From sequence record MN095772.1: 32,000 nt of DNA. One strand, 5' to 3'. Origin of the DNA: Stenotrophomonas phage Moby. Positions within the stretch are counted from its first letter, which is position 1. Every line of letters begins with the position of its first letter. Both the position numbers and the translations under genes were made by a program. The notes beneath the pieces were generated by a model. That model had not been told where the DNA came from and searched no databases. It worked only from the letters and a program-made list of their open reading frames with translations. Below are positions 15,960 through 24,004 of the stretch, piece by piece.

Positions 15960-16456
15960 ACATTCTCTTCCCGGGACGATTCCAGCCGATCCACAAGGGT
16001 CACGTCCACACCTTCAATGAGCTCAGCAAGAAGGGCAAAGTCCACATCGCTGTGATTCGTGGCGTCGTCACATCCAAGAACCTCAAGCTGAATCCCTTCA
16101 GCGAGGATCAACAGCTTGATCTGATCCAGGATGCTCTACCCGATGCGGAGCCGATCATCTTTGCGAACGGCTATCTTCCGGACATTCTGAAATGGTACAA
16201 GGACCACGGGATCAAGATTGACGCTATCGCCTGCGGGTCAGATCGGATAAATACCTACGCAGCCCAGCTTGCACGCGGTGGCGTAAGTGACGTGGTGATC
16301 TATCCGGTGAAACGTCTCGGGTCGGCGACAGAAGTTCGTCGCCACCTGGCGGAAGACAACCGGCTGTTGTTCCAAGCGTCTATGCCAGAATCGCTTCATG
16401 GCTGGTACAAAATCTTGAAGAGAACGGTGGATCAACCAGATGGCGACATTGAATGA
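15956..16456 (+). CDS. NMN adenylyltransferase-like nucleotidyltransferase (NadM/NadR type)
   Basis: ATGA overlap with the upstream stop. ILFPGRFQPIHKGHV (HxGH) and GSATEVRRHLAED (ISxTxxR-like) followed by ASMPESLHGW. Confidence 0.75.
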   Translation: MNILFPGRFQPIHKGHVHTFNELSKKGKVHIAVIRGVVTSKNLKLNPFSEDQQLDLIQDALPDAEPIIFANGYLPDILKWYKDHGIKIDAIACGSDRINTYAAQLARGGVSDVVIYPVKRLGSATEVRRHLAEDNRLLFQASMPESLHGWYKILKRTVDQPDGDIE

Positions 16457-16628
16457 AGAAGAGGGTGGCGGCGGAGAAGGCGGCTCGACCTCCAACAGCA
16501 CCACGCAGATTGCAAAGCCTGACAAGCCCATGAAGGGCGACAAGATGATGAAGCGGCAGGACCGGACGAAACTGGAAGAGTGGACTCTGGAAATGATGGC
16601 TCGTCAGGTCAAAGGAACGCTTTCGTGA
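16440..16628 (+). CDS. Hypothetical small Gly/Lys-rich protein
   Basis: 62 aa; overlaps both neighbours by a few nt (GTGA junction at 16625-16628). Confidence 0.5.
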   Translation: MATLNEEEGGGGEGGSTSNSTTQIAKPDKPMKGDKMMKRQDRTKLEEWTLEMMARQVKGTLS

Positions 16629-17026
16629 TCATCCCAAATGAAGGACAGGGTCTGAACAAGAAGCGTCATTTGATGCCGCAGATTTCCGACTACAATGCCT
16701 TCATCGCTGATCTCGAGTCGGAGGGTATTGACGTGACCACGGTCATGATCAAAGCCTCCCGTCTCACTCCGACCCAGTCCAACTTCAACGAGGACAAGGT
16801 CAATCGGATGATCGAGGATGAAAGCTGGAAGCGCGGAGCAATTGTGTCGTCAAAGGACGATTGCGTTCTGGACGGTCATCACAGATGGCTGGCGGCTGCA
16901 CAGGATGATTCCTCAATCCGTACCCGTCGAATCGGGATGGTCATTGAGGATCTGCTCGCGTTCGTCAAGGACAAGAGCTATGTTGAATACAAGAAGATCA
17001 ATGAGGCTAGACAATGGGCAAACTGA
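16625..17026 (+). CDS. ParB/sulfiredoxin-like domain protein
   Basis: KASRLTPTQSNFNEDKVNRM...IVSSKDDCVLDGHHRWLAA. Start inferred at GTG 16625 rather than the track start 16580. Confidence 0.65.
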   Translation: MIIPNEGQGLNKKRHLMPQISDYNAFIADLESEGIDVTTVMIKASRLTPTQSNFNEDKVNRMIEDESWKRGAIVSSKDDCVLDGHHRWLAAAQDDSSIRTRRIGMVIEDLLAFVKDKSYVEYKKINEARQWAN

Positions 17027-17775
17027 GAAAGCCGACAGGCATCACCTTTGAGCTGGAACTGACCGAGCTTGGCAAGACAGTCAAGTATCGTCCGTTCAAG
17101 CTGAAGGAACAGAAGAAGCTGCTGCTTGCATCCGGCTTGAAAGACAAAGCCGTGATGACAAATGCCCTGCTTGACATCGTGGAGCAATGCACGTTCGGTG
17201 AGCTGAATGTTCGCAAGCTGCCGATGCACATCACGGACTATCTGTTCACCAAGATCTACATCAAGTCGGTTGGTAACATGAGCCAAGCACAGTTTGAATG
17301 TGCTGGCGAAGTCATCGAGAAGGATGATGAAGGGCATGACCATAAGGTTCCGTGCGGCGTCAAGCTGAACCTGAACCTTGATCTGGAACGTGCGGCGCTA
17401 GTCTATCCGGACACTTACCGCCCGAACGAGACGATTGAGCTGGAAGATGGGATGTTCGTCCGTCTCCGAGTTCCGACGTTTGAAGAGCAACAGAAGATCG
17501 ACTTCTCCAAGTCACTGACCGACGTCACCGACCAGTTCATCGTGTCGCTGATCGAAGCCATCGTGGATGGAGAAGATATGCAGATTCCGGGTCAGGATGT
17601 CACCCCAGACGAGGTGGTGGAATGGCTGGACGAACTGTCTGCATCATCAATCGAGAAGATCACAGGCTTCCTGCAGAACCTCCCCCAGTTGACGATGGAC
17701 GTCAACGTGACCTGCCCCAAGTGTGGTAGGAAGGAGGAGTTCAAGCTCACGGGCCTTGAGGATTTTTTCGGCTGA
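17014..17775 (+). CDS. 26: T4 gp26-like baseplate hub/assembly protein
   Basis: ITFELELTELGKTVKYRPFKLKEQKKLLLA resembles the T4 baseplate protein family N-terminus; C-terminal CPKCGRKEEFKLTGLEDFF. Confidence 0.7.
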   Translation: MGKLRKPTGITFELELTELGKTVKYRPFKLKEQKKLLLASGLKDKAVMTNALLDIVEQCTFGELNVRKLPMHITDYLFTKIYIKSVGNMSQAQFECAGEVIEKDDEGHDHKVPCGVKLNLNLDLERAALVYPDTYRPNETIELEDGMFVRLRVPTFEEQQKIDFSKSLTDVTDQFIVSLIEAIVDGEDMQIPGQDVTPDEVVEWLDELSASSIEKITGFLQNLPQLTMDVNVTCPKCGRKEEFKLTGLEDFFG

Positions 17776-17939
17776 TGCTTCCGGAAGGCAAGTTGCAAGA
17801 CTTGCTGAGCCATTTCCACACGATGGTGGAATATGGGTACACGGACAGCTACCTTGACGAGATGCACCCCTTTGAGCTGGAACTACAGTCTATCGTCATC
17901 ATCGGTATCAACAATGACAGAAAGGCTAACGCAACATGA
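17775..17939 (+). CDS. Small protein (54 aa) between baseplate gene and hub-like gene; gp51-position candidate
   Basis: Not in the ORF track. TGATG overlap at start and ATGA overlap at end. MLPEGKLQDLLSHFHTMVEYGYTDSYLDEMHPFELELQSIVIIGINNDRKANAT. Confidence 0.75.
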   Translation: MLPEGKLQDLLSHFHTMVEYGYTDSYLDEMHPFELELQSIVIIGINNDRKANAT

Positions 17940-20053
17940 TTCCAATTCTGCTTAGAGCAGCAGCCGTTCTGGGCGAAGGCGCAACAGTCAGAACAGCAGC
18001 TGGTACATTCGCTTCACGATCAGTAGGGCAGCGTCTCGCCCGAAGCGGTATGAAGACACTCCGGGGTGCAGTGAAAACTGCCCCTGGAAAGCTGTGGAAG
18101 ACAGCCGGTGGCGATAGCGTCCCAGCATTCAGGAAGGCACTTGACCTAGGTCAGCGAGGATATAACGCTGTCCAGAATGCAAGGGCTCAGGTTGCTGATG
18201 CCGAAAAGAGATCAACGTTGCGCCGCATCAAGAAGGAAGAGAAGCGCAACGCTCCGCAACAGGATGCCGGTGAGAAGAAGCAGCAAGCTGAAGCTCAACA
18301 GGAAGTCCGTGAGCAAGAGAACGCACAACGCCAGCAAGCCGCTCATGCTGATGGCATGCAGAAGATCGCCGAAGAGGGCAATCATGTAACCCAACAGATG
18401 GCGAACGACATTGCCGAGATCAAGGATATCATTGCTAACCCTCCGAAGCAAGAAGAGGAGAGCGGATTCCTCACCAAGTTGATGACCGGTCTGATCGGTG
18501 TGTTCGGCATTGGTGTGACCATGCTGCAAGCGAAGATCACTGGCATGATCGCCGAGTTCGGTGCCAAGCTGGGACTGAAGACCCTAAGCAACATGGCTGA
18601 CAAGGGTGCGGATCTGGCTGCTCGTGCTACTGGCGGAATCAAGGGTCTTGCTGGTGCGCTGGCAGACAGCAACAGCCGAACATCACAGATTGTACAAGGA
18701 GGATTGGCGGGAGCCGGACCACTTGGTGCTATCGGTTCGTATCTGTTCGGTAAGAACCGCAGCACGGTAGCCGGCGCAGTTGATAAGGCTTCAGGTGTCA
18801 CACAAGCTGCTGAATCCTATGGGCGCACAGCAAGCGGCTTCTATGATCGTGCGGAGAAGTATGCAGACAAGAACTCAATTGCCAGCAAGCTGCCATGGTT
18901 CCCAGGAATCTCATCAGCTAATGCTGCGGTTACCAAGCCTGCGACTCCATCCGTTCCGACGATCAGTGCTCCAATCGCTCCGGTCAAGACCTCAGCCACT
19001 GGCACGTCAACATTGACCATGGCATCTCCAACTGCAGCCGCAATCTTCGAGACCGCCAAGCCGCAGACAGACGCACTTGCAAACTCCCAGTTGCTTTTGG
19101 GCGAGATGCTGGATGCGATGACAAACTCATCGAAGGGAATCTACACAAAGCCGGCTGACGATGGATTGTTCCAGATGCCGACGATGGGCTTCTCTGGCGC
19201 GCCTCAGATGCTAGATAAACCGACCGGCGTGCCAACCCTTTCACCGGGTGGACGCGGCGCGATCCCAAATGTCCGGAGAGCAAACATGCCATTCAATGGT
19301 TTCGGTGCCGAGGTAGACTCGCACATTGCAGAAGCGGCTCAGATGTATGGGCTGCCAGAAGATGTGCTACGCGGCTTTGTCAAGATGGAAGGTGGTTGGA
19401 CAGGAAAGATGTCGCCAACAGGCGCAATCGGAACTGGTCAGTTCACCCAAGGAACCTGGAACTCGCTGGCTGGCACAGCTGAGGGTCAAGCGATTGGCAT
19501 GGCCCGAATCGACAGAAGCAACTTCCGTCAGGCGAATGATCCGCGCCGCAACGACAGAACTAACACCCTGGCAACAGGTCTTCTGGCGAAGCAGAACGCT
19601 GACATCCTTCGCCGCAATGGGCTGGACGTGACAGGCGAGAACCTGTATATGCTCCACAACATTGGACCGGGTGTGATCCCAGCACTGAAGGGCTCAAACT
19701 CAGTCTCGGCAAGTACGCTGGACGCGATGCGCAAGAACGGTATGACGGGGAACATGTCGCCGACTGACTTCGTGAAGTTCCAGACCGGACGCTTCCAGTC
19801 TCACTACGAGGCAGCGAACAGAGTTCAGGGTGTGAACACGGGTCTCGGTAAGCCGATGGCTGAATCCGCGAACGATGCTCGCAAGACGCAGCAGGTTGTC
19901 CCAGTTGTGGTGCAAGCTCCGGCACAAACAGTAAAGGCTCCGGCACAAGGTGCACAGAGCCAATCTGGTCCAGGAACTCCGATGGTAACACGGAACCCGG
20001 ATAGTCCCGTTCGTAGGTTCAGTCAGGTCATGATCGGAACGTCGATCACTTGA
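17936..20053 (+). CDS. Large baseplate/tail-associated protein with coiled coil and lytic-transglycosylase-like domain
   Basis: Gln/Glu-rich coiled coil (KRNAPQQDAGEKKQQAEAQQEVREQENAQRQQA), Gly/Ala-rich hydrophobic region, and C-terminal YGLPEDVLRGFVKMEGGWTGKMSPTGAIGTGQFTQGTWNSLAG...NLYMLHNIGPG typical of SLT-like domains. Confidence 0.75.
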   Translation: MIPILLRAAAVLGEGATVRTAAGTFASRSVGQRLARSGMKTLRGAVKTAPGKLWKTAGGDSVPAFRKALDLGQRGYNAVQNARAQVADAEKRSTLRRIKKEEKRNAPQQDAGEKKQQAEAQQEVREQENAQRQQAAHADGMQKIAEEGNHVTQQMANDIAEIKDIIANPPKQEEESGFLTKLMTGLIGVFGIGVTMLQAKITGMIAEFGAKLGLKTLSNMADKGADLAARATGGIKGLAGALADSNSRTSQIVQGGLAGAGPLGAIGSYLFGKNRSTVAGAVDKASGVTQAAESYGRTASGFYDRAEKYADKNSIASKLPWFPGISSANAAVTKPATPSVPTISAPIAPVKTSATGTSTLTMASPTAAAIFETAKPQTDALANSQLLLGEMLDAMTNSSKGIYTKPADDGLFQMPTMGFSGAPQMLDKPTGVPTLSPGGRGAIPNVRRANMPFNGFGAEVDSHIAEAAQMYGLPEDVLRGFVKMEGGWTGKMSPTGAIGTGQFTQGTWNSLAGTAEGQAIGMARIDRSNFRQANDPRRNDRTNTLATGLLAKQNADILRRNGLDVTGENLYMLHNIGPGVIPALKGSNSVSASTLDAMRKNGMTGNMSPTDFVKFQTGRFQSHYEAANRVQGVNTGLGKPMAESANDARKTQQVVPVVVQAPAQTVKAPAQGAQSQSGPGTPMVTRNPDSPVRRFSQVMIGTSIT

Positions 20054-20621
20054 CCTTCTGCTTGGTGAGATTGAGGTTGTAGGCTTTCGCCTTTGCCTCA
20101 ATCTCATCTACCCATGCCTTGCAGACCCTCAGTTCTTCGACGTGGGTGTCTGCGGAGAGGGCTTGTCCGAGAAGAAATTCAGAAGCGCGTTGAGATAGGA
20201 ACCCGGCTCCGGGGTAGGGTTCTGTAGCGCTGCCGGGCGAGGCGGGATTTCCAGCGCCTGCACCACTGCCACTTCCGTTGGTGGGTGCTTTGTATCCTGG
20301 GTCCTGCAGCCTGACATTGCCAAGCTTAGCAACAGCAGTGCGCAGATCAGAAATGTTCTTGATGTAGCCTTCATCTAGTTTGCCTCTTGATTCGCTGAGT
20401 TCTTTGTACGCCGTAGCGCGTTCTTCATTCGCTGCAGCAATCTTCTTTGCAACCTCTTCGCCGTTCTTGGCGATCCAGGCTTCATGAGTAGCATTGATCG
20501 TTGCAATGCGATTCTCGTAATGATTCGACGTCACCTTCCAGGAAACGCCCGCGATAGCCCCGATGGCTAGTACAGCCGCCAGAAGTTTGGCGGCTAGTTG
20601 GTATTGTGCTGGGATGATCAT
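20046..20621 (-). CDS. Rz: Rz-like inner-membrane spanin (i-spanin)
   Basis: 191 aa; N-terminal transmembrane segment LAAKLLAAVLAIGAIAGVSW then a long charged helical region; contains a nested lipoprotein ORF, as in classical Rz/Rz1 pairs. Confidence 0.8.
   Translation of the reverse strand: MIIPAQYQLAAKLLAAVLAIGAIAGVSWKVTSNHYENRIATINATHEAWIAKNGEEVAKKIAAANEERATAYKELSESRGKLDEGYIKNISDLRTAVAKLGNVRLQDPGYKAPTNGSGSGAGAGNPASPGSATEPYPGAGFLSQRASEFLLGQALSADTHVEELRVCKAWVDEIEAKAKAYNLNLTKQKVK
20129..20374 (-). CDS. Rz1: Rz1-like outer-membrane lipoprotein spanin (o-spanin), nested in Rz
   Basis: MKATSRTFLICALLLLSLAMSGC lipobox followed by a Pro-rich short mature region; fully embedded out-of-frame in the Rz-like ORF on the same strand. 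Confidence 0.85.
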   Translation of the reverse strand: MKATSRTFLICALLLLSLAMSGCRTQDTKHPPTEVAVVQALEIPPRPAALQNPTPEPGSYLNALLNFFSDKPSPQTPTSKN

Positions 20622-20992
20622 AGATGGTCCAGATTGTATCGTTGGTTCATATCCCGGAGGATGTCAACCATGATCCGATTGGGATACACTTCTTCGGATA
20701 CGGTGGAATCGTACTGTCTCAGCCACATGAGAATCGCCTTAACCACGCTGAACTGGACATCGTCCATGATGACCCGGAACACTCCGGTTGTCTTCTGGGC
20801 ACCGAATACATTCAGCAGGATCACGACATTGTTGATCAGCAGTTTCTCGTTCATCAAACCGGTGTTCAAGAAACGGCTGACCATTCGACGTGCTGTAGAG
20901 AACCCGGCAAAGTCCTTGTCAAACTCTGCAGCCTTGACGGGCGTGAGTGTCAACCCGTCAATGGCGATTGCTCTTGCGACCTTGAAGTCCAT
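20618..20992 (-). CDS. Hypothetical protein (124 aa), in lysis operon
   Basis: ATGA overlap with the Rz-like start and TAATG overlap with the upstream gene. Confidence 0.75.
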   Translation of the reverse strand: MDFKVARAIAIDGLTLTPVKAAEFDKDFAGFSTARRMVSRFLNTGLMNEKLLINNVVILLNVFGAQKTTGVFRVIMDDVQFSVVKAILMWLRQYDSTVSEEVYPNRIMVDILRDMNQRYNLDHL

Positions 20993-21444
20993 TACGCGTC
21001 CTTCTTGTCCTTGTTCTTCTTGGCAGCCTTCTTCGCTGCAATTGCTGCCTTCTCTTCCGGAGTCTTGTTCGGCGCGCCCTTCGGACGACCGCGACCACGT
21101 GCTGCTGGTAGCTGAGCTACCGCCAAGGTCTGAGCATGGGCTAGAGCAGCACCGATATCTTCGATTCCCTTGGTGAGTGCGTCATTGGTTGCACCACGGA
21201 TGGGCTTGGGCTTCTCGGAGGTTTCTGGCTGCTTCGCCTCGACACGACGTGCTGCCTGAATCTTAACCTTCTCGCTGCGGGTGTAGTCGCCGAGCTTCTT
21301 GGTTCGGACGTCATACTCGACGGGATTCTCAAGACCACGGATCGAGACCAGCAGTTCACCATTCTCAGGTGCGACCCAGCCATAGATAGTCGGGACAGCG
21401 GTGGGGTGCCAAGCGGGCGGGGTTTTGGTGCGATCAATTGCCAT
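20992..21444 (-). CDS. Hypothetical protein with AT-hook-like GRGRPKG and Lys/Ala-rich tail
   Basis: 150 aa; PAARGRGRPKGAPNKTPEEKAAIAAKKAAKKNKDKKDA; AGGAAT SD upstream. Confidence 0.75.
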   Translation of the reverse strand: MAIDRTKTPPAWHPTAVPTIYGWVAPENGELLVSIRGLENPVEYDVRTKKLGDYTRSEKVKIQAARRVEAKQPETSEKPKPIRGATNDALTKGIEDIGAALAHAQTLAVAQLPAARGRGRPKGAPNKTPEEKAAIAAKKAAKKNKDKKDA

Positions 21445-21461
21445 AGTGTTTCATTCCTAGA

Positions 21462-21490
21462 TTGATGATGTACCGACAAGGGCTTACAAT
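21462..21490 (+). promoter_or_regulatory. Putative sigma70-like promoter for primase
   Basis: TTGATG-N17-TACAAT immediately before the 21497 ORF. Confidence 0.5.
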
Positions 21491-21496
21491 ACGACT

Positions 21497-22582
21497 ATGA
21501 ACTACCTAGATCTCAAATACGTTCGCCTTGTCTCTGGATATTTAACCAAATGGAAGGAGGTTGGTCGCGACCTGTGGCGATTCAGATGCCCCTTCTGCGG
21601 CGACTCCAAGAAGAGTGATTCGCTTGCCCGTGGCTACTTCTTCAACCTTGAAGATAAGGCCATGTTCAAGTGTCACAACTGTGGCATGTCACTGAACCTT
21701 GGACAGTTCTTGGCTGAGATTGCTCCGGCACTCTTGGGTGAGTACAAGCTCGAGAAGTTCAAGCAGAAGAATCCGACCTTCGGTGACGACAAGAAGCGTG
21801 ATGAGCAATTCATCACCACAACTCAGCACCGACTCCGACGCACCGGAACGATCCTGGCATTCTGTGATAGACTGCTATCGTTGCCGGAAGATCATCATGC
21901 CCGAGTCTATCTGGATGGTCGAAAGATCCCAGAGAGCAACCAATCCAAACTGTTCTACATTGATGACGTCCGCGTTCTGGCGAAGAACATCCCCGGATAT
22001 GGAGAACGGGCAGCGAAGCTCCCCAAGCGCGATGCGATCATCATTCCCTTCTTCGATGAAGACAGTGCTCTGATGTATCTCCAGTGTCGCTTCTTCGATG
22101 AAAACTTCCGGTACATGACCTTCCAGATTGAAGATGAAGGGAAGAAGATCTGGGGTCTAGATCGTGTCGACTGGAGCAAGAGGGTCTACGTGTGTGAGGG
22201 TCCGTTTGACGCTATGTTCCTTGACAACTGTGTTGCAGTCGCGGGCGCGGGGATCATGTCTGAGATTGAGTTCTTCCAATCTAAGGCGAAAGCCGGATTG
22301 ACTCTGATGTTCGACAAGGACTATCGGACCAACTTTGAGGTTCATCGGTTCATGTGTCAAGCAGTCGAGAAGGGACATAGCGTGGTCCTGTTTGACAAGG
22401 AGTTCAAGGGTAAGGACATGAATGACCAGATCCAGAAGCACTTTTGGACGCGTGAGTACCTGAAGACCTACGTGGATGCACACACATACAAGGGTCTGTC
22501 GGCAAAGCTGGAGCTGACCAAGATCAGACCGCCGAAGAACGCATTCAAAAGTAAATCAAACTCCGGTAGGTTTGGAAGATGA
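21497..22582 (+). CDS. 61: DNA primase, T4 gp61-like
   Basis: CPFCGDS...CHNCG zinc site, TOPRIM-like VYVCEGPFDAMFLDN and LMFDKDYRTN, FKGKDMNDQI. Confidence 0.92.
   Translation: MNYLDLKYVRLVSGYLTKWKEVGRDLWRFRCPFCGDSKKSDSLARGYFFNLEDKAMFKCHNCGMSLNLGQFLAEIAPALLGEYKLEKFKQKNPTFGDDKKRDEQFITTTQHRLRRTGTILAFCDRLLSLPEDHHARVYLDGRKIPESNQSKLFYIDDVRVLAKNIPGYGERAAKLPKRDAIIIPFFDEDSALMYLQCRFFDENFRYMTFQIEDEGKKIWGLDRVDWSKRVYVCEGPFDAMFLDNCVAVAGAGIMSEIEFFQSKAKAGLTLMFDKDYRTNFEVHRFMCQAVEKGHSVVLFDKEFKGKDMNDQIQKHFWTREYLKTYVDAHTYKGLSAKLELTKIRPPKNAFKSKSNSGRFGR
21534..21547 (-). promoter_or_regulatory. Putative T4-like late promoter motif for the leftward lysis operon (GGTTAAATATCCAG)
   Basis: Minus-strand TAAATATCC at 21536-21544, identical to cores at 11980-11988 (+) and 26574-26582 (+); about 92 nt upstream of the 21444 start. 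Confidence 0.5.
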
Positions 22583-22595
22583 TAGCGATTACAAT
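22567..22595 (+). promoter_or_regulatory. Putative promoter upstream of RNase H
   Basis: TAGGTT-N17-TACAAT; same -35-like hexamer and spacing as 30236-30264. Confidence 0.4.
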
Positions 22596-22634
22596 ACAAG
22601 GGTCGAGAAGACACTAACATCAGAGGGTGAATAG

Positions 22635-23498
22635 ATGCTTTTGATTGATGCAAGCAACCGTGTATTCAGCACGGTCCTGGAGTACCACCGCAGCACTGGC
22701 GAGCAAGCTGACATCCAGCTGATTCGTCATCTGATTACGGACGGTCTCCGGGTTGACAAGAAACGATTGGCAGAGTTCGCCGACGAGATTGTGATGTGTT
22801 TTGATGGTCGCAAGTATTGGCGTCGTGAGTTCTTCCAGCATTACAAGGCAAAGCGCGCAGCCGGACGTGAAGCTTCCAGCTTTGACTGGGACGCCTTCTT
22901 CCCTGCATATGACCAGTTCAAGCAGGAACTCCGTGAGTTCTTCCCGATCAAGTGCGTTGAGGTTGAAGGCGCCGAAGCGGATGACATCATGGGCGTTCTT
23001 GCCTCTCGCTATGCCGACGTGAAGAAGGTTTGTGTGGCATCGTCCGACAAGGACATGGTGCAGCTGCAGCAGAACATGAACCCGAAGATCAAGCAGTACA
23101 GTTACTTCCATAAGAAGTTCCTGACTCCGAAGACGTCTAAGTATGATCTGTTTGAGCACGTGGTGAAGGGTGATTCTGGAGACGGCGTTCCCAACATCCT
23201 GAGTCCGGATGACGTGCTGATCACTCCAGGATCTCGCCAACGACCGATCAGCAGCAAGAAGCTGGAAGAGTGGCGTGCCAAGGGCGGACTGTTTGAGCCC
23301 GAAAACTTCTGTGCTGATGCACAAATGTTGGAGCGCTTCCACCGCAATCGGACGTTGATTGATCTGCGGAAGATTCCGGGCGATCTGGCACAGAAGATTG
23401 ATGATGCCTATACTGAGTATGAAGTGCCGAAGGGTAAGATGTTCGGCTACCTCACCACAAACAAGATGATGAAAATCCTAAGAGAAGGAGGTTTCTGA
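22635..23498 (+). CDS. rnh: T4 RNase H-like 5' nuclease (FEN family)
   Basis: MLLIDASNRVF, VMCFDGRKYWRREFF, VEGAEADDIMGVLA, VASSDKDMVQL, KGDSGDGVPNI. Confidence 0.93.
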   Translation: MLLIDASNRVFSTVLEYHRSTGEQADIQLIRHLITDGLRVDKKRLAEFADEIVMCFDGRKYWRREFFQHYKAKRAAGREASSFDWDAFFPAYDQFKQELREFFPIKCVEVEGAEADDIMGVLASRYADVKKVCVASSDKDMVQLQQNMNPKIKQYSYFHKKFLTPKTSKYDLFEHVVKGDSGDGVPNILSPDDVLITPGSRQRPISSKKLEEWRAKGGLFEPENFCADAQMLERFHRNRTLIDLRKIPGDLAQKIDDAYTEYEVPKGKMFGYLTTNKMMKILREGGF

Positions 23499-24004
23499 TG
23501 AAAGACCCGTTGATCGAAATTCCGAAGCTGTCACCCGCCGATGCCAGGGAGTTGTACTTTTCAACCGAAGCGTATGTATGGGGGTACAATGCCGGCATCG
23601 ACAAGTTCTCTGCTGCATACGGTGATCCGGCGAAGTACGGTACGATCTACACCGGCTTCACTGTTCCGAAGCTGGAGCTGAGTGAATACACCTTTGACGA
23701 CTCCAAGCAGGAAGAAGAGTTCACCCGTGGTTTCGTCCAGGCAGTCGCCAAGCTGTATGTCCTGAACTACTCTGCACGCTCTGAGTTGCAGCGTCTACAG
23801 CTGGCGTTCAACTGGCTGACCCGTGAGTCGAATCTGACCCGCCGCTTCAGCCAGACCACTGGTCAACCGGACTTCGTGGAGCTGAAGTTCACGTTGATGC
23901 ACACTCACAATCTGGTGGATGAAGTGTTCAATCGCTCGCTGCAGGATCTGGAAATGCAGCTGTATTACAACCTGCGTCAGAAGTACGGGCTGCGCCCGGC
24001 ATGA
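23498..24004 (+). CDS. Hypothetical protein (168 aa)
   Basis: Start overlaps the rnh stop, end overlaps the next start; long undisrupted frame in a replication operon. Confidence 0.8.
   Translation: MKDPLIEIPKLSPADARELYFSTEAYVWGYNAGIDKFSAAYGDPAKYGTIYTGFTVPKLELSEYTFDDSKQEEEFTRGFVQAVAKLYVLNYSARSELQRLQLAFNWLTRESNLTRRFSQTTGQPDFVELKFTLMHTHNLVDEVFNRSLQDLEMQLYYNLRQKYGLRPA

Noticed and set aside
18177-19631. Several plus/minus short ORFs overlapping the 705-aa gene
   Set aside because: Alternative-frame shadows within a long coding sequence with a characteristic domain.
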